A DNA stretch of 63,995 bases, counting the filler, from Diploschistes diacapsis (lineage: Eukaryota), in the NCBI GenBank assembly GCA_023645945.1. It is 4 parts of 4 records of this genome, joined end to end, with 100 filler letters (N's around TTAATTAATTAA, not from the genome) between each part and the next. Parts side by side here need not be neighbours in the genome. Positions count along the whole stretch, not along the records: positions 1 to 16,580 come from JALAIB010000500.1; 3 more parts are not named here. One strand, written 5' to 3'. Below, piece after piece: positions 1 to 11,593 of this stretch (positions are counted from its first letter, which is position 1; every line of letters starts with the position of its first letter). Position numbers and translations under genes: made by a program. The notes under the pieces are model-generated. The model had not been told where the DNA came from and made no database searches. It saw nothing but the letters and a program-made list of their open reading frames with translations.

Positions 1-139
1 GTCGTTGATATTAAATTTTATTAAAATCGAATTATTGCGATGCGAGGTAGTCATTATTGAGAAAAATCGAATGTAAGATGAAAACAGTGATTTGAGGTGG
101 CCGGACTCTGGGGGTGGCCGGACTCACCGTCAAACACGT
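1..139 (-). mobile_element. Terminus of a pogo/Fot1-like (Tc1-mariner superfamily) DNA transposon relic
   Basis: Read on the minus strand: TA|ACGTGTTTGACGGTGAGTCCGGCCACCCCCAGAGTCCGGCCAC. This has a TA target (140-141), an ACGT terminus and an internal direct repeat GAGTCCGGCCAC, as in fungal pogo-type TIRs. A 91%-identical inverted copy lies at 15421-15520. Confidence 0.7.
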
Positions 140-794
140 TAGTGTAATAGGGAAACAGTGCTTCGGGGTTCCTGAAAGCATTGTGTTCAGTCTTTTGGGA
201 GGGAGCTAACTACTTTTGGTACCTGACTGTAGATAGGGAGCTTTTAGCCATTCGGTCAGGCGTACAAAACGTACCGTACCAAACGTAATCTTCATAATGA
301 ATTTTTCAAGTTTGTTTAGGTTAGTAGTGCTAGTAACCCGCTTATATCCGCTCCTTCACACTAAGAAGGCTAAGAAAATGGTCCATTATATCCAATATTC
401 TCTAACTTACACACTTACGAATAGATAGATTTCTTAGACATGAATATTCCAAAGTTTTTACCCGACGTCTTGGCATGGGTAAGCCATCAGCCATGGGCCT
501 CTTTGGTACCCAGATCGGCTTGCCAGCCGAGGACATGGAAGAGCTGAGGGTCGTTGAAGATCCCTACTGCTAACGTTGCAATATGACAGAACGGTTTTAC
601 CGTGTAGCGTATATCCTTCTAACTTGCATCCAGTTGGTAGTCGAAGCCCGATCTGTCCAGCGGAGCAGCTTCCCATATCCTGTGCGGCCATTAACAGGTC
701 CATGGACGATGGTTGTATCCATCCCTCTGCATGCAGAACACGTGTAAAGAGAGCTAGATCACCCATGTAGATCGTTAGAATTGAAAAAGCACTA

Positions 795-1390
795 CAGTCG
801 TGACCCTAGTACCCGAACGGACCCCTGATAACCGAACACGTGATAAAATAGCAAAACTACAATAATAAATATTTAAAATGAAATATCTCCAAAAATAATT
901 AATTTAAAACTCTATAAATCGAATAATAATATCTAACCTTATAAATCTATTTAATTATATCTAATCGCTAACGACGACGACGCTAGCGCCAATTTTTTAA
1001 AAAAAATAGTTAACCTTTCTTTCGAGACCATTTTCTTATTCTTATATATCTTAATAGTCTAAAGTATTATTAATTTCTTTTCCTTAACCTGCTTCTGCCT
1101 TTTTTACCTATTTATTTCGTAAAAATGCCCTTTTCTTCGCCTGACGTACGTTAATAGCTTTCGTAAAGGTTAAAATTTTACCTTTTACAATTACGCTAAT
1201 GCGTTTACCTTTCTAACGGTATATCGAGATTTTTTTTAATTTTTAATTTTTTGCCGCTAGAAACATAATCGTCGTAAAATTAGGTTTAATTATTTTAATT
1301 ATCTTAAAATTTTTTCGAGCACTTTAAACTTTTATCGAAAATCTAAAATATATTGCTATTATCTGGTCGAGGTTAACTATTAATTCATTA
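795..1390. mobile_element. Fot1-like transposon relic (TIR plus RIP-degraded AT-rich interior)
   Basis: TA|CAGTCGTGACCCTAGTACCCGAACGGACCCCTGATAACCGAAC with a doubled CCC...ACCGAAC-like motif resembling Fot1 TIRs. It is followed by about 550 bp of very AT-rich, TpA-rich, CpA-poor sequence with no ORF. Right boundary is approximate. Confidence 0.6.
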
Positions 1391-2302
1391 TTCATACGGG
1401 GTACTGAGTATAATGCCAGTACTCGTGTTATTAGATCATCTTTTATAATTTTGTCAGTAGCACACGACGGAACCTGATTTACCCTGATTAAAATGGATGG
1501 TTTGCCTTCATCGACCGATCAGTCACTACACTATTTACCATTGTTTGCTAGAATATTCCTTTGCTTACGTCTCAGCCTGCATAGTGGCTGTTCTAACCTA
1601 GCGGTCTGTTCCTTGGGACAAGAAAGACACAGTTAGGAAAGATACTTTGTTGAATCCACTTTACGTCTGCCAAGGCGAAACGCCCAAGCCATACTTCGTA
1701 AATGGGCCATATTCGAAAGACTACAAAGTAGAAGTCTACAAAAAAGTTCAATGACCGAGCAGAGCTCAAGGCACTCTTCAAATGCCTCCAGCCAGGTTCA
1801 ATGTTAGCACGTAGACATGAGCAAAGCATTAATCACTAAATGTGACATAAAGCAAAGCCGACAACACCACTTATGAACGCGAACAAAAAGCGCAAATGCT
1901 AACAGTTGAAGTTATAAGGCACGTTGTACTGAAAGAGTACTAGTCTACCGGTACTCCTATAAGATAGAATTCGCAGCCTCCAGCCAGGTCAAACTGCTGG
2001 CATACAAGCCGTAAATCAATCTCTACCCTTCGGCTTGAAGGTGACACCAACACCAATGAAGTGGGGAAAGCTAGAAGAAGTAAGCTACTACTACTATACT
2101 TTATAGCTCCAACTGGCAGGCTCAAAGTCGATACATAAGCATGAGCCATGAGTATCGCAATCCGTACTCATACCGTGTAATAGGTTTGCTCTCATCGCCA
2201 TTAAACCGAGCACGTTTTCTATCCTCGCTCCCCGGTAAAGAAATACTAGCGGCCCGTGAGATTCATGTTTTAGAAGATTTGTGAGCCTGTGCCGTTGAAA
2301 TC

Positions 2303-4666
2303 ATGGCCTCGCACATGCAGGACGAAGTGCAAAAGCTATCTCTAAACGATCCGGAATCCTTCTGGAAGCATCATGCGGACCAGGTGCACTGGCATAAGAA
2401 GCCTTCGGGAGTCCTGAGAAAGTATACTAAGCGGCTCAAGAGCGGCATTGCTCATTCGAGTTGGACCTGGTTTCCTGACGGCGAAATATCGACCTCGTAC
2501 AACTGCATCGAACGGCACGTGAGGGCAGGTCATGGCACCTCTGTCGCGATAGCCTGGGACTCGCCCGTTACTGGTAAGAAGGAGAAAATCTCCTATCAGG
2601 AGTTGCTGGACGAGGTTGAAACACTGGCTGCAGTCCTCAAAGAGCAGGGTGTACGGAAAGGGGATGTTGTCCTTGTGTATAGTATGATTACGCCTCTCAA
2701 TACCGTAACCCAGGCGCTCTGATAAGTTTACGCTGTAGTGCCCATGATCCCGGCTGCCATTTTCGCTATCCTGGCAACTGTCCATATCGGGGCTGTTCAC
2801 ACCGTTGTTTTCGGAGGCTTCGCTCCTGCATCTTTAGCCCAGCGCATAGAGGCATCAAAACCTCGCGCCATTGTTACGGCTTCTTGCGGTATCGAGGGTG
2901 TCAAGGGCCCGATCAGCTACAAACCTCTCATCCAAGACGCATGGGCCAGGAGTGCCCACAAGCCGGATGTTGTTTTGGTATGGCAACGTGAACAGCTAAG
3001 GTGGAATGCTCTATCTGAAGCAAGGCGAGAAAAGGATTGGAAGCGCCTCGTTGCCGCGGCAAAAGAGCGAGGACTACGTACCAAAGCAACACCCGTGAAG
3101 AGTGACGATGGCTTGTATATAATATATACTAGTGGTGGGTCAGGATTTTCAAAGTCCATCGTGAACCAACCAGTCCCCCAGCGATTGGGGCTTTTGAATC
3201 GCCTCATGGTTAAAAGCCTCCTAAATGAGCACAGCTAACCCTCCGCTAGGCACAACGGGCTCCCCCAAAGGCGTCCTGAGAACCGCAGGAGGGCACGCTG
3301 TGGGACTTAATCTTTCGATCAGATACGTATTCGGGATCCGTGGTCCAGGAGATGTGATGTTTACCGCGAGCGGTAAGCCAACTTCCAGCCCTTCAAATCC
3401 AACTACTCATGGTGCACAGATATTGGATGGGTTGTCGGACACAGCTACATCATCTACGCGCCACTATTGGCTGGGGCGACCACTGTGTTATTCGAAGGAA
3501 AGCCGGTAGGTACGCCCGATGCAGGGACTTTTTGGAGGATTCTCGAGGAATACAGGGTCAATTCCCTTTTCACAGCCCCGACAGCGCTTAGGGCTATCCG
3601 GAGGGAAGATCCGCAAAACAAACTCTTCGAAGAAAAAGGTCGGTGTGGGAGTTTGAAAGATTTCCGGGGTCTTTTCCTTGCGGGGGAAAGATGCGAGCCC
3701 AGCATTGTCGACATGTACCAAAGACTACTGAATAAGTTCTGCAGTAAAGGCAGCATGGTCATCGACAATTGGTGGTCTTCCGAGACTGGGTCCCCCGTGA
3801 CTAGCGTAGCGATGCTGCCTGCGCGCGCTAAAGGCCTTTCAGATTCGGAAAACCCTCGACCGCTTCTAGCAAAGTCAGGCTCGGCTGGGAAGTCCATTTT
3901 GGGCTTCGATGTGCGTATCGTCGACGACGAAGGTGGTGAGGTAAAGAGGGGAGAGATGGGCAATATCGTTTTGGCCATGCCGCTTGCTCCTACGGGATTT
4001 ACGACTTTGTTCAACGATGAAGAAAGATTCTACAAAGGGTACCTGAAACGATTCGACGGGAAATGGCTAGATACGGGAGACGCTGGGATGATCGACGCTG
4101 ACGGCTACGTCCATGTAATGTCGAGATCGGACGACATCATCAATGTGGCGGCGCATCGTTTCAGTACCGGTAGGCTTGTCTACAGATTGCAACCGGAATG
4201 TAGCTGACCTCATCTTGTAGGATCCATAGAGCAAGCCATAACTTCTCACCCAGAGATCGCGGAGAGTTGCGTCGTTGGCGTACCTGATGCGCTCAAAGGC
4301 CATCTGCCTTTTGCATTTGTGACGCTGTCAACTGCCGAGCATCCAGCCTCGGCGGCACCGTCGGAGGAGTTGTTCAAGCTGGTTCAGAAGCAGATACGCG
4401 AGCAGATAGGAGCCATAGCAGCGTTGGGTGGCATGGTCCAGGGGAAAGGGATGATACCGAAGACCCGCAGCGGCAAGACTCTGCGACGAGTGTTGCGAGA
4501 ATTGCTTGAGAATGCAGTTCATGGAGACTTCGATAAAGCCGTACAAATTCCGGCGACAGTGGAAGACGCTGCAGTTGTCGAGGTTGCAAGACAGAAGATA
4601 CGGGAGTACTTTGAGGAGAAAGGCGCGGACCTGCACCAGGCTACTGAAAGGAGGGCCAAACTCTGA
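2303..4666 (+). CDS. pcsA: Propionyl-CoA synthetase / acetate-CoA ligase family AMP-binding enzyme with C-terminal PTS1
   Basis: Introns at 2682-2738, 3135-3249, 3373-3419 and 4170-4220 join the ORF fragments. This restores YTSGTTGSPKG (AMP-binding P-loop), TASDIGW, DNWWSSETG, DTGDAG, RSDDIINVAAHR and PKTRSGK. The protein ends ERRAKL*. Confidence 0.9.
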
Positions 4667-5793
4667 GGTCGCTTGTGTTGTTGGGCGTGCTGGTGACGGG
4701 AAAGCAGTATCTGCAAGCGTCAGGCTAATGTACAGATATAAACTAGTTTTAGCTGCAGGAAGCTAGACTTTAACCTTTGAGAACCCAAACAGGGAATGAA
4801 AGCCTAGCAAAGCAGGTGAAGACGAGGTTATAATAGTGCACTCAACAGACCGTGTTACAAGTGGGTAGGCACTGACTGTCTTTGTATTTACTTTTCTGCC
4901 TTTGCTTCCACTCCGGTAGTGCTTAGGAGGTATACTAATCCTAGTAACAAGGGTTTGTAGTCCAAGTTAGTAGTTAGTAGAGTTTATTTCCAATTTATTC
5001 CCATCTGACCGCCTTCTGATGCGGCGCCATGGAAAGAGCCGCAGCTAACTTGAAATGGCCTAGCGCGACTTCACCCTTATGTCCGAGGTTTTCCGCCTCA
5101 TCTACCTTTCAGCCCTCGGCATCAAACTTGTTGGCTTCCCCAAATTTCATGTCTTTGACCATCTAAACAGCTTCATGGCGGTCGATGATGAAGAACAGTG
5201 TACAAGCCCATGCCAGCAGTTTCCACGAGATACTGGATAGGTTGAGAGGCCCACGGAAGGACAGGCGACGTGCATCCGTGTCCGGTGCACCTACCCTTAG
5301 CTACATTGTTAGGTTGTCACGCCCTTCAACCTCGTTCAACCTCCTCGTCTGCTCTGCTCGTCGTGCACGGTATAGCAAATCAAACAAATCCACATCTCTT
5401 CCAATCAATGCTGGTGTTCGACTCCTGCTTTCAAAAAGCTTCCGTCACGCCTTCTCCATCCAGATAAGTAATGTGTTTCCGATGACACGACATAACAATG
5501 CGTGACCGCTCAACCACTGGAGTGTTCCTTCCTCGCTCAGGTCAAGTCTCCAGACAGCGGTAAACTTGAGAAAGACGCTCGCGATTGCCACTGTTTCTGT
5601 TGACTCGTCTTTGAGCAGCTATCTCGACATTCAAGAATGCCTCTCCATCTCACTCCCGTTGTCTCTCCGTAAAACAGCCTTCTTTTTTACTTGTCCAATG
5701 CCAGAAGTTTTTTCCCCCTAGTTTTCTGTTTTGCCATACCCTTTCGTTTTCCTGGCTTTCAGTCACATAATCAACCGCTCGCCTTGGCACCCT

Positions 5794-6957
5794 ATGGCAC
5801 TACATGCACCACGATCAACACATGTTGCCCAGCAAATGCAACATCACATATCCGCGGGAAAGCCTACATCAAGATCAAGCACTACTTCCTCCGGTTCCTT
5901 CCAACCATTTCTGGAACCCATGAGCGATCGCCGTTACGGTGCGGATTCCCACAAGAGTCAAACAATGAAGGACGCTGGTTATTTAGCGGAAACTAGACGT
6001 CCGATCTATAGGATCTCTTCTGACAACGGTGCTTTCAATTTTGTTAAGAAGCAGCATCAAAGTACTGCAACAACCCAGTCATCAGTACTGCATGCTGAGG
6101 CGCCTCGGCTTCATCAGAGCAGTAGCGCCCAGGATCCGGCCCCAATCATCGAAGAATCTGGGTGCGCCTCAGAACAAAGCAGCATCCACTATTCACGTAA
6201 GGGGCTGTCGCCCAATCATCTTTCCAGACCCTCTTCTCGGTATCATTTGCCTCAGCACTTGACTAGACCGACGTCTCGACAAGCAGACTCTACTACAGGA
6301 AGACCGACTGGCATAAGTCGCGCAGTCACAATACACTCTGCACCAGATGCCAAAGATCTATACGCTCTGCACCAAAGAGCCAAAGCAATAATGACGGCTC
6401 TGGAGAATACCGATGCCTGCGCTTCATCAGACGCAACAAGCCCACCGGTACCTAATATCGCCACCTGGAGCAACTTCGGCAGCCAAACCTCGTTGTTCCA
6501 AACAACTTTCTCTGGCCGCACGGCCGTGCCGCTTACACGTAGAGCCAGTGCCTCATCATCGGATAGTGTCCGAACCCCTCTTTTCTCTCCTGCGGAAACC
6601 ATCGACTGGACCGACCCTACGACTCGCCGACGCACCTACGAGAAGCATGACAGAAACGCCCGCGGCCTTCGAGGTGTGGTCAAGAAGATCACACCACGCT
6701 GGCTGCGAGGTAACGTAGTCGAGTTCTACGGTGGTGGGAGTGATATTGGGAGCGTGAGACGGTATCGGTTGGATGTTGAGCAGGATACAGGGGCTATGGC
6801 AAGAGATGTTGATGGAGCTAGTGAGAAAAGAGCGGATTGGTCGAAAGCCAGGAAGGAAGACCAATGCGGGCGTGCCAAGACTTCCAAGTCGAAAAGCACC
6901 TGGAGTTGCTTCAGTGGCCACTCCAGACTGTCTCAGAGGCAATTGAGGGGTTCCTGA
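5794..6957 (+). CDS. Hypothetical Ser/Thr-rich protein with a short ordered C-terminal block
   Basis: Single long ORF with first ATG at 5794 (MALHAPRST). Mostly low complexity, with block TIDWTDPTTRRRTYEKHDRNARGLRGVVKKITPRW...SDIGSVRRYRL. A CT-rich promoter-like tract lies upstream. Confidence 0.65.
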   Translation: MALHAPRSTHVAQQMQHHISAGKPTSRSSTTSSGSFQPFLEPMSDRRYGADSHKSQTMKDAGYLAETRRPIYRISSDNGAFNFVKKQHQSTATTQSSVLHAEAPRLHQSSSAQDPAPIIEESGCASEQSSIHYSRKGLSPNHLSRPSSRYHLPQHLTRPTSRQADSTTGRPTGISRAVTIHSAPDAKDLYALHQRAKAIMTALENTDACASSDATSPPVPNIATWSNFGSQTSLFQTTFSGRTAVPLTRRASASSSDSVRTPLFSPAETIDWTDPTTRRRTYEKHDRNARGLRGVVKKITPRWLRGNVVEFYGGGSDIGSVRRYRLDVEQDTGAMARDVDGASEKRADWSKARKEDQCGRAKTSKSKSTWSCFSGHSRLSQRQLRGS

Positions 6958-8018
6958 GCGTCTGAATTTCCACATGCGTGGTCCAGAACAGGACAGGCCA
7001 GGACAGGGCAGCATTCAAGAAGCGATTTTGAAGTATCAAAGCATCGGAGGCCCAGATGTTTGCATAGCGTGGCATGAATGATATCCAAGCATTGTTCTTG
7101 TTTTTCAGCATCAATACATAGATTGCGGAGACGACTGTGCTAATATTCAATCTCGAATCTTTTGGATGTTCATTTAGGGAGTGTCTTGATGGGCGTAGAA
7201 GCCTAGATTAGCGAGCCCAGTACGACCTTCGACTTGTGCCCATTTAGTTATCGATTATAGTTGCATGCTAAACATCGAACCGAGATACAGATTAATGGTC
7301 GACGCATGATTCAGGCCCTTGCACACCGAAAGTATATATCCAAGAAATGTAGCTCGTGCACGACCAGCCACACTTTCTCCCTCACCTTGGTACCATTGAG
7401 AAATCCTCAGCCGGCCCTGGAGATCCAAGGATGTGAAGTCATCACTTCGGCCAGCCTACTTGGTAACTCGTGAATCTACGTACCAGTCTCACGCGTTGGC
7501 CTACTTCGCTAGAGAGGCTGGTCACCCCATGTGGTATGAGTAGGTGTGGACAGGTGATTTTAAAGTCTGGCGAGTTTTTTAGTTGACGTTATGAGAGCGA
7601 CACAGCGCCAGTGTATGAAGCCTAAGAACTGCAAGAACTTAATTGTCCTCTTCCTGGCGATTAGAAAGGAAACACATGATAGAAGCCGAACTTGTGCTCG
7701 CCTGATTCCTCCGCAATCCTACTTCTCCAGCGAGTCCAAAGGTCAAGCACATGAGCTCTCCCAGCAGCACCTCCCCACCGCTGTCGAAAATGCCCATGTG
7801 GGGGGCGGGTACGATGACCTCAAACTTCCCCTGAGCCCGGCAGAGAGCGGTCCCCTGACAACCAACTATCTACGTTGCACTTATCTTGGGCTCTCGGCCC
7901 GACGTAGCCGCCGCAAGTTATCTAGCTGAAGGCTTTCCAGACAACTACCCGTCGCCAGCTATACCGGTATCGACCTCGTCTGGGAGCAACCTCAGGAAAA
8001 AAAAAACCCCCTCCAAAA

Positions 8019-8666
8019 ATGTCGACGTTTCCCCCCTCCCAGCTTCGCGCCACGCTCAACGACGTGGTTCGGCTCCTCCACGAGAGGCGCGAGACTGTCT
8101 CTGTGGCAGAAACCGTACGCCGAGCCTGCTCCTCCCCCTTCTGTCCCGAATGATCCCTGGCAACGTGTGTTTCGCTGATGCCAGGCCAATCCGCTCAGGC
8201 CGCTGGGGGCATCATATCGGCCGCCATCCTGTCAACGCCCGGCGCCAGCCGAGTGTACAGGGGAGGGCTGACGTTGTACACCCTGGAGTCTAGGACGGCG
8301 TACGCTGGCTGGACCCAAGAGATGACTGACGACTATCGTGGCCCGACCACGGACGTCGTCTCCTTCCTTGCCAGGAACGTGCGCACTACGCTTGCTTCTA
8401 CGTATACTATCTGCGAGAGCGGCACGGCGGGGCCTACCGGGGGCAGCACTCGGAACCGCACGCCGTATGGGCACGATTCCTTGATGAGCGACGCAGCTAA
8501 TAGCTTCAGGGGTTATGTGGCTCTGGCCGTTGCCTCCGAGGACAATGTGCATGTGACCGAGCTTGAGACGGGACATGCAGATCGGGAAGGCAATATGGTA
8601 GAATTTGCACACGGGGCGCTGCAACTACTCCTTTCAGTCATCCGAAATGCTGATCAGAAGCTGTAA
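8019..8666 (+). CDS. CinA C-terminal / PncC (NMN deamidase)-like protein
   Basis: ATG at 8019 (MSTFPPSQLRATLNDVVRLLHERRETVSVAET), introns 8115-8198 and 8465-8509. The spliced product has VAETAAGGIISAAILSTPGAS, YTLESR, ESGTAGPTGG and PGYVALAV, the CinA-family pattern. It ends DQKL*. Confidence 0.85.
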
Positions 8667-8888
8667 GCTTGGATTCCTCCGGCACTTATGGCTAACCTTC
8701 GCCGGCGGGTCTCTTGGGACTGGGCGTACACACAACAGCGCATAACCTATAATCACCCCCAGGTTCAAGAACACCTCGACACAGAAGAAAGTGTACCCTT
8801 CACCTACGTTCGTCCGTCGTTTGATGGTCAAGAACCTCCGCAGTAGACAATTCAAGCGCGCAGTGAACCAAAAACATGCTTGCATCAG

Positions 8889-11053
8889 TCACATTTTCTC
8901 TGCAGTTGCCATAAGAGAGCCTATCGAGCAGTTAGGAATAGCCTAAAGGAAGCGAGGTTCACCAACCAATAAACGTTGTCACTAATCTTGATCTGACCTG
9001 GCATATGTCCTCCGGCACGAGCCAGATGGTAGCTCCCATCTTACGTGCAATAGATATGGCAAGCTTGGCGTTAGCGTACGCTTCGTCATCGGTTCTGCCG
9101 CTCGTGACCAGATCGTAGTCGACGTAGGAGCTCTTCATGCCATTCAGAACGTCAAGCAGGAAGACGCCGTTACCGATAGCTTGGTCCTTAAAGCTTCTGA
9201 TCGACGAAGTCCTACCCCCTTTACGAGATTGTTCATTTGCCCACTTGATCATTTCGCTATCGGTGATCTCGCGCTTGCCGAGCCTTTGAGCTAGATGGGA
9301 CAGGGTCTCGGAAATGTCCCTACGCATAAGCTGCCACACAAGACCTAAGGTTAGGGTTCTTTGGCCATCGGTTATGTCAGCACCCTGTATACCCACAAGA
9401 GAAAATCCCATCTGCTTGCCTACTTCGATAGCATAGTTTGTGTTTTCAACCGCCTTGAAGCGCATGAGCTCATTACCACTAGCCGGTGGCTTATTCACGT
9501 GTCTCCAGTTCACACTGCCCTTGATGACTTTGTCGTATGCTTGGAGAAGGACGGTGCCATCACGCAAATCATCAAAGAAAGAAACAACGGCTGGCTGGAC
9601 ATCGAGAGAGTTAAGCCAAAGCGTGAAGACGCGCGCCTCCCGTTCACCCTCGGCGTCGAAGTCATCGACCTGCAATTTCTCTTCCTCGGTGATCGGGTCA
9701 AGTCCAGGATGAGTGTTGAAAAGGTTTGCAACAAAAGCAAGATTGAGCTTTGGATTACCCGCGACGAGTGCTTTCGGTGTGAGAAATTTGCGACAATCCA
9801 GAGCCTCTGCATTCTGAAGAATTTGCTCTGCTCTTTGTAAGAGGTCTCGCGTCTGCAGCGGAGCGCGACTGCAGACTTCCGGGGCCAGCTGATTGAGGAG
9901 TACAGTATAATTGTCTCCTTCCTTGACATCCGACGAGAAATTGGAAACCCTAGATAGATAAGTTAGACGAACATCCATATTGAAGAAGAAACTTCTCACC
10001 TCTTGTCCCACTTTGCGTTTTTCAGGTGATAGTTAAACCATCTCAGAAGGATCTGCTCAGGCGGCAACCTCAAAAACTGTTCCAGGGTCTCGTCCTCTTC
10101 GAGTAACCTGTACAACTCAGGATGAAGCTTGATATCAATTTTCCCGAGTAAACCCCTCCTGATGATCTGCCATATAAGACCGAGGATCAGATGTTCGCGC
10201 ACTTCAATGATATCACCACTACCGATATTCACGACCGAACAACCAATTGCTTTGGCCGAATTGATAACTATATTGTTGTTCTCAGTCATGTGGAAAGCAT
10301 TGAGCTGTTTGATCTTCTTCCCAGAGATATTCAAGACTCGTTCGTCAATAGTGTCAGGTACGCTATCATTGATCAATTTCGCAAGAACCAGGCCGTCCTT
10401 GCACTCATCAAACATCTCGAACGTATCTGTCGGAAACGGCAGACGGCTTCCAATTTCGAGGTCTCCGGCAAGGACGGCATTGATGTGGGTTGTAAAAGCG
10501 GTACGTTCATCTTCATTAATTGTATGTGTCACATTAGCCGAGGAGCCCTGGACATGTATCCTGCCGGAGGCATGGCTGCTTGGCGATTTCGGTGAGAAGA
10601 CTGGGGACGGTTGCGCCGATTTGTTCGTCGCACTGCTCAGGCCACGATATCGGCCTGCAGTCATGCGCGAAGCATTGGACGGGGTTGTGGAGCGAATCTT
10701 TGAGATGAGCTGTTCTGCACGTTAGCATATCGGATAGCGATCCTATGCCTCAATGAGAATCTCGCACATCAACATAATCTTCCAGCTCTACCCTCCTTGA
10801 GCTGTCCAGCTCTACCTCTTTTAGGGCCTGTCTAACAACATCATACGGCTGGTGCTCGGAGCTTTGTGTCGCCTTGATTACAGTCGCTTCGTCCAGGTAC
10901 CCTTTGTCATCAACATCGAGCTTGCGAAAAGCGTCTTGAAGGGAGAATATCTCGTTCTGCTGGAACTGGGGGTATTTTCTGTACCTTGTCAGCGAGCCCT
11001 TGAGTCAATCTCATGACGCGTAAAGAGAACCTTTGGAGTTTTAGGACATCCAT
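8889..11053 (-). CDS. SAC6: Fimbrin/plastin actin-bundling protein
   Basis: MDVLKLQR start. Introns at 10979-11030, 10710-10767, 9950-9999 and 8921-8966. Contains CH-domain motifs DGLVLAKLINDSVPDTIDERV, LILGLIWQII, GNPKLNLAFVANLFN and LTLGLVWQLMR. Ends SLMATAEKM*. Confidence 0.95.
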
Positions 11054-11593
11054 GCTTCCTAGTGCTGTGGACGTACTCTGCTCTCTGTCCAAGCCTCGAT
11101 GCACTGGGAGAGGGGCAAGGTGGGGTAGCAGACACAAGCATCAACTTTCAGATTTGGTGACCAAGTAGCAAACATCGCCCGGGAACCAGGTACAGTAAAT
11201 TATCATTGATATAGTAGCCTTGCCTGGCGGAAAATGATGGGTTGCAATTTCGAGGGCTGAAGTCTTTCGAGGTTGCCCTGGCGCTTACGTACATGCTGCA
11301 CAGAGTAGGTAGGTACTACTTATAGCGGGCACGTCTTATCTACCCTATATCTTTGTGTACAGAAGCATCTTCTACTGTTATAGGTATAGCATTCGTGCAC
11401 CCTTGAGTTCCGCTGCTATATAATCTACAAGCATCACTAACGAACAAGAGCGCATGGGCATACTGGTCATCACATTGGAGGTCCTTGGTTCTGTACATTC
11501 AACAAGTCAATGACTATCTATAGGATACCGACCATCTATAGGGTATCTCTCAAAGCACGCCTTTAACCGAAGTGAATCCTCTTCCACAGCCAT

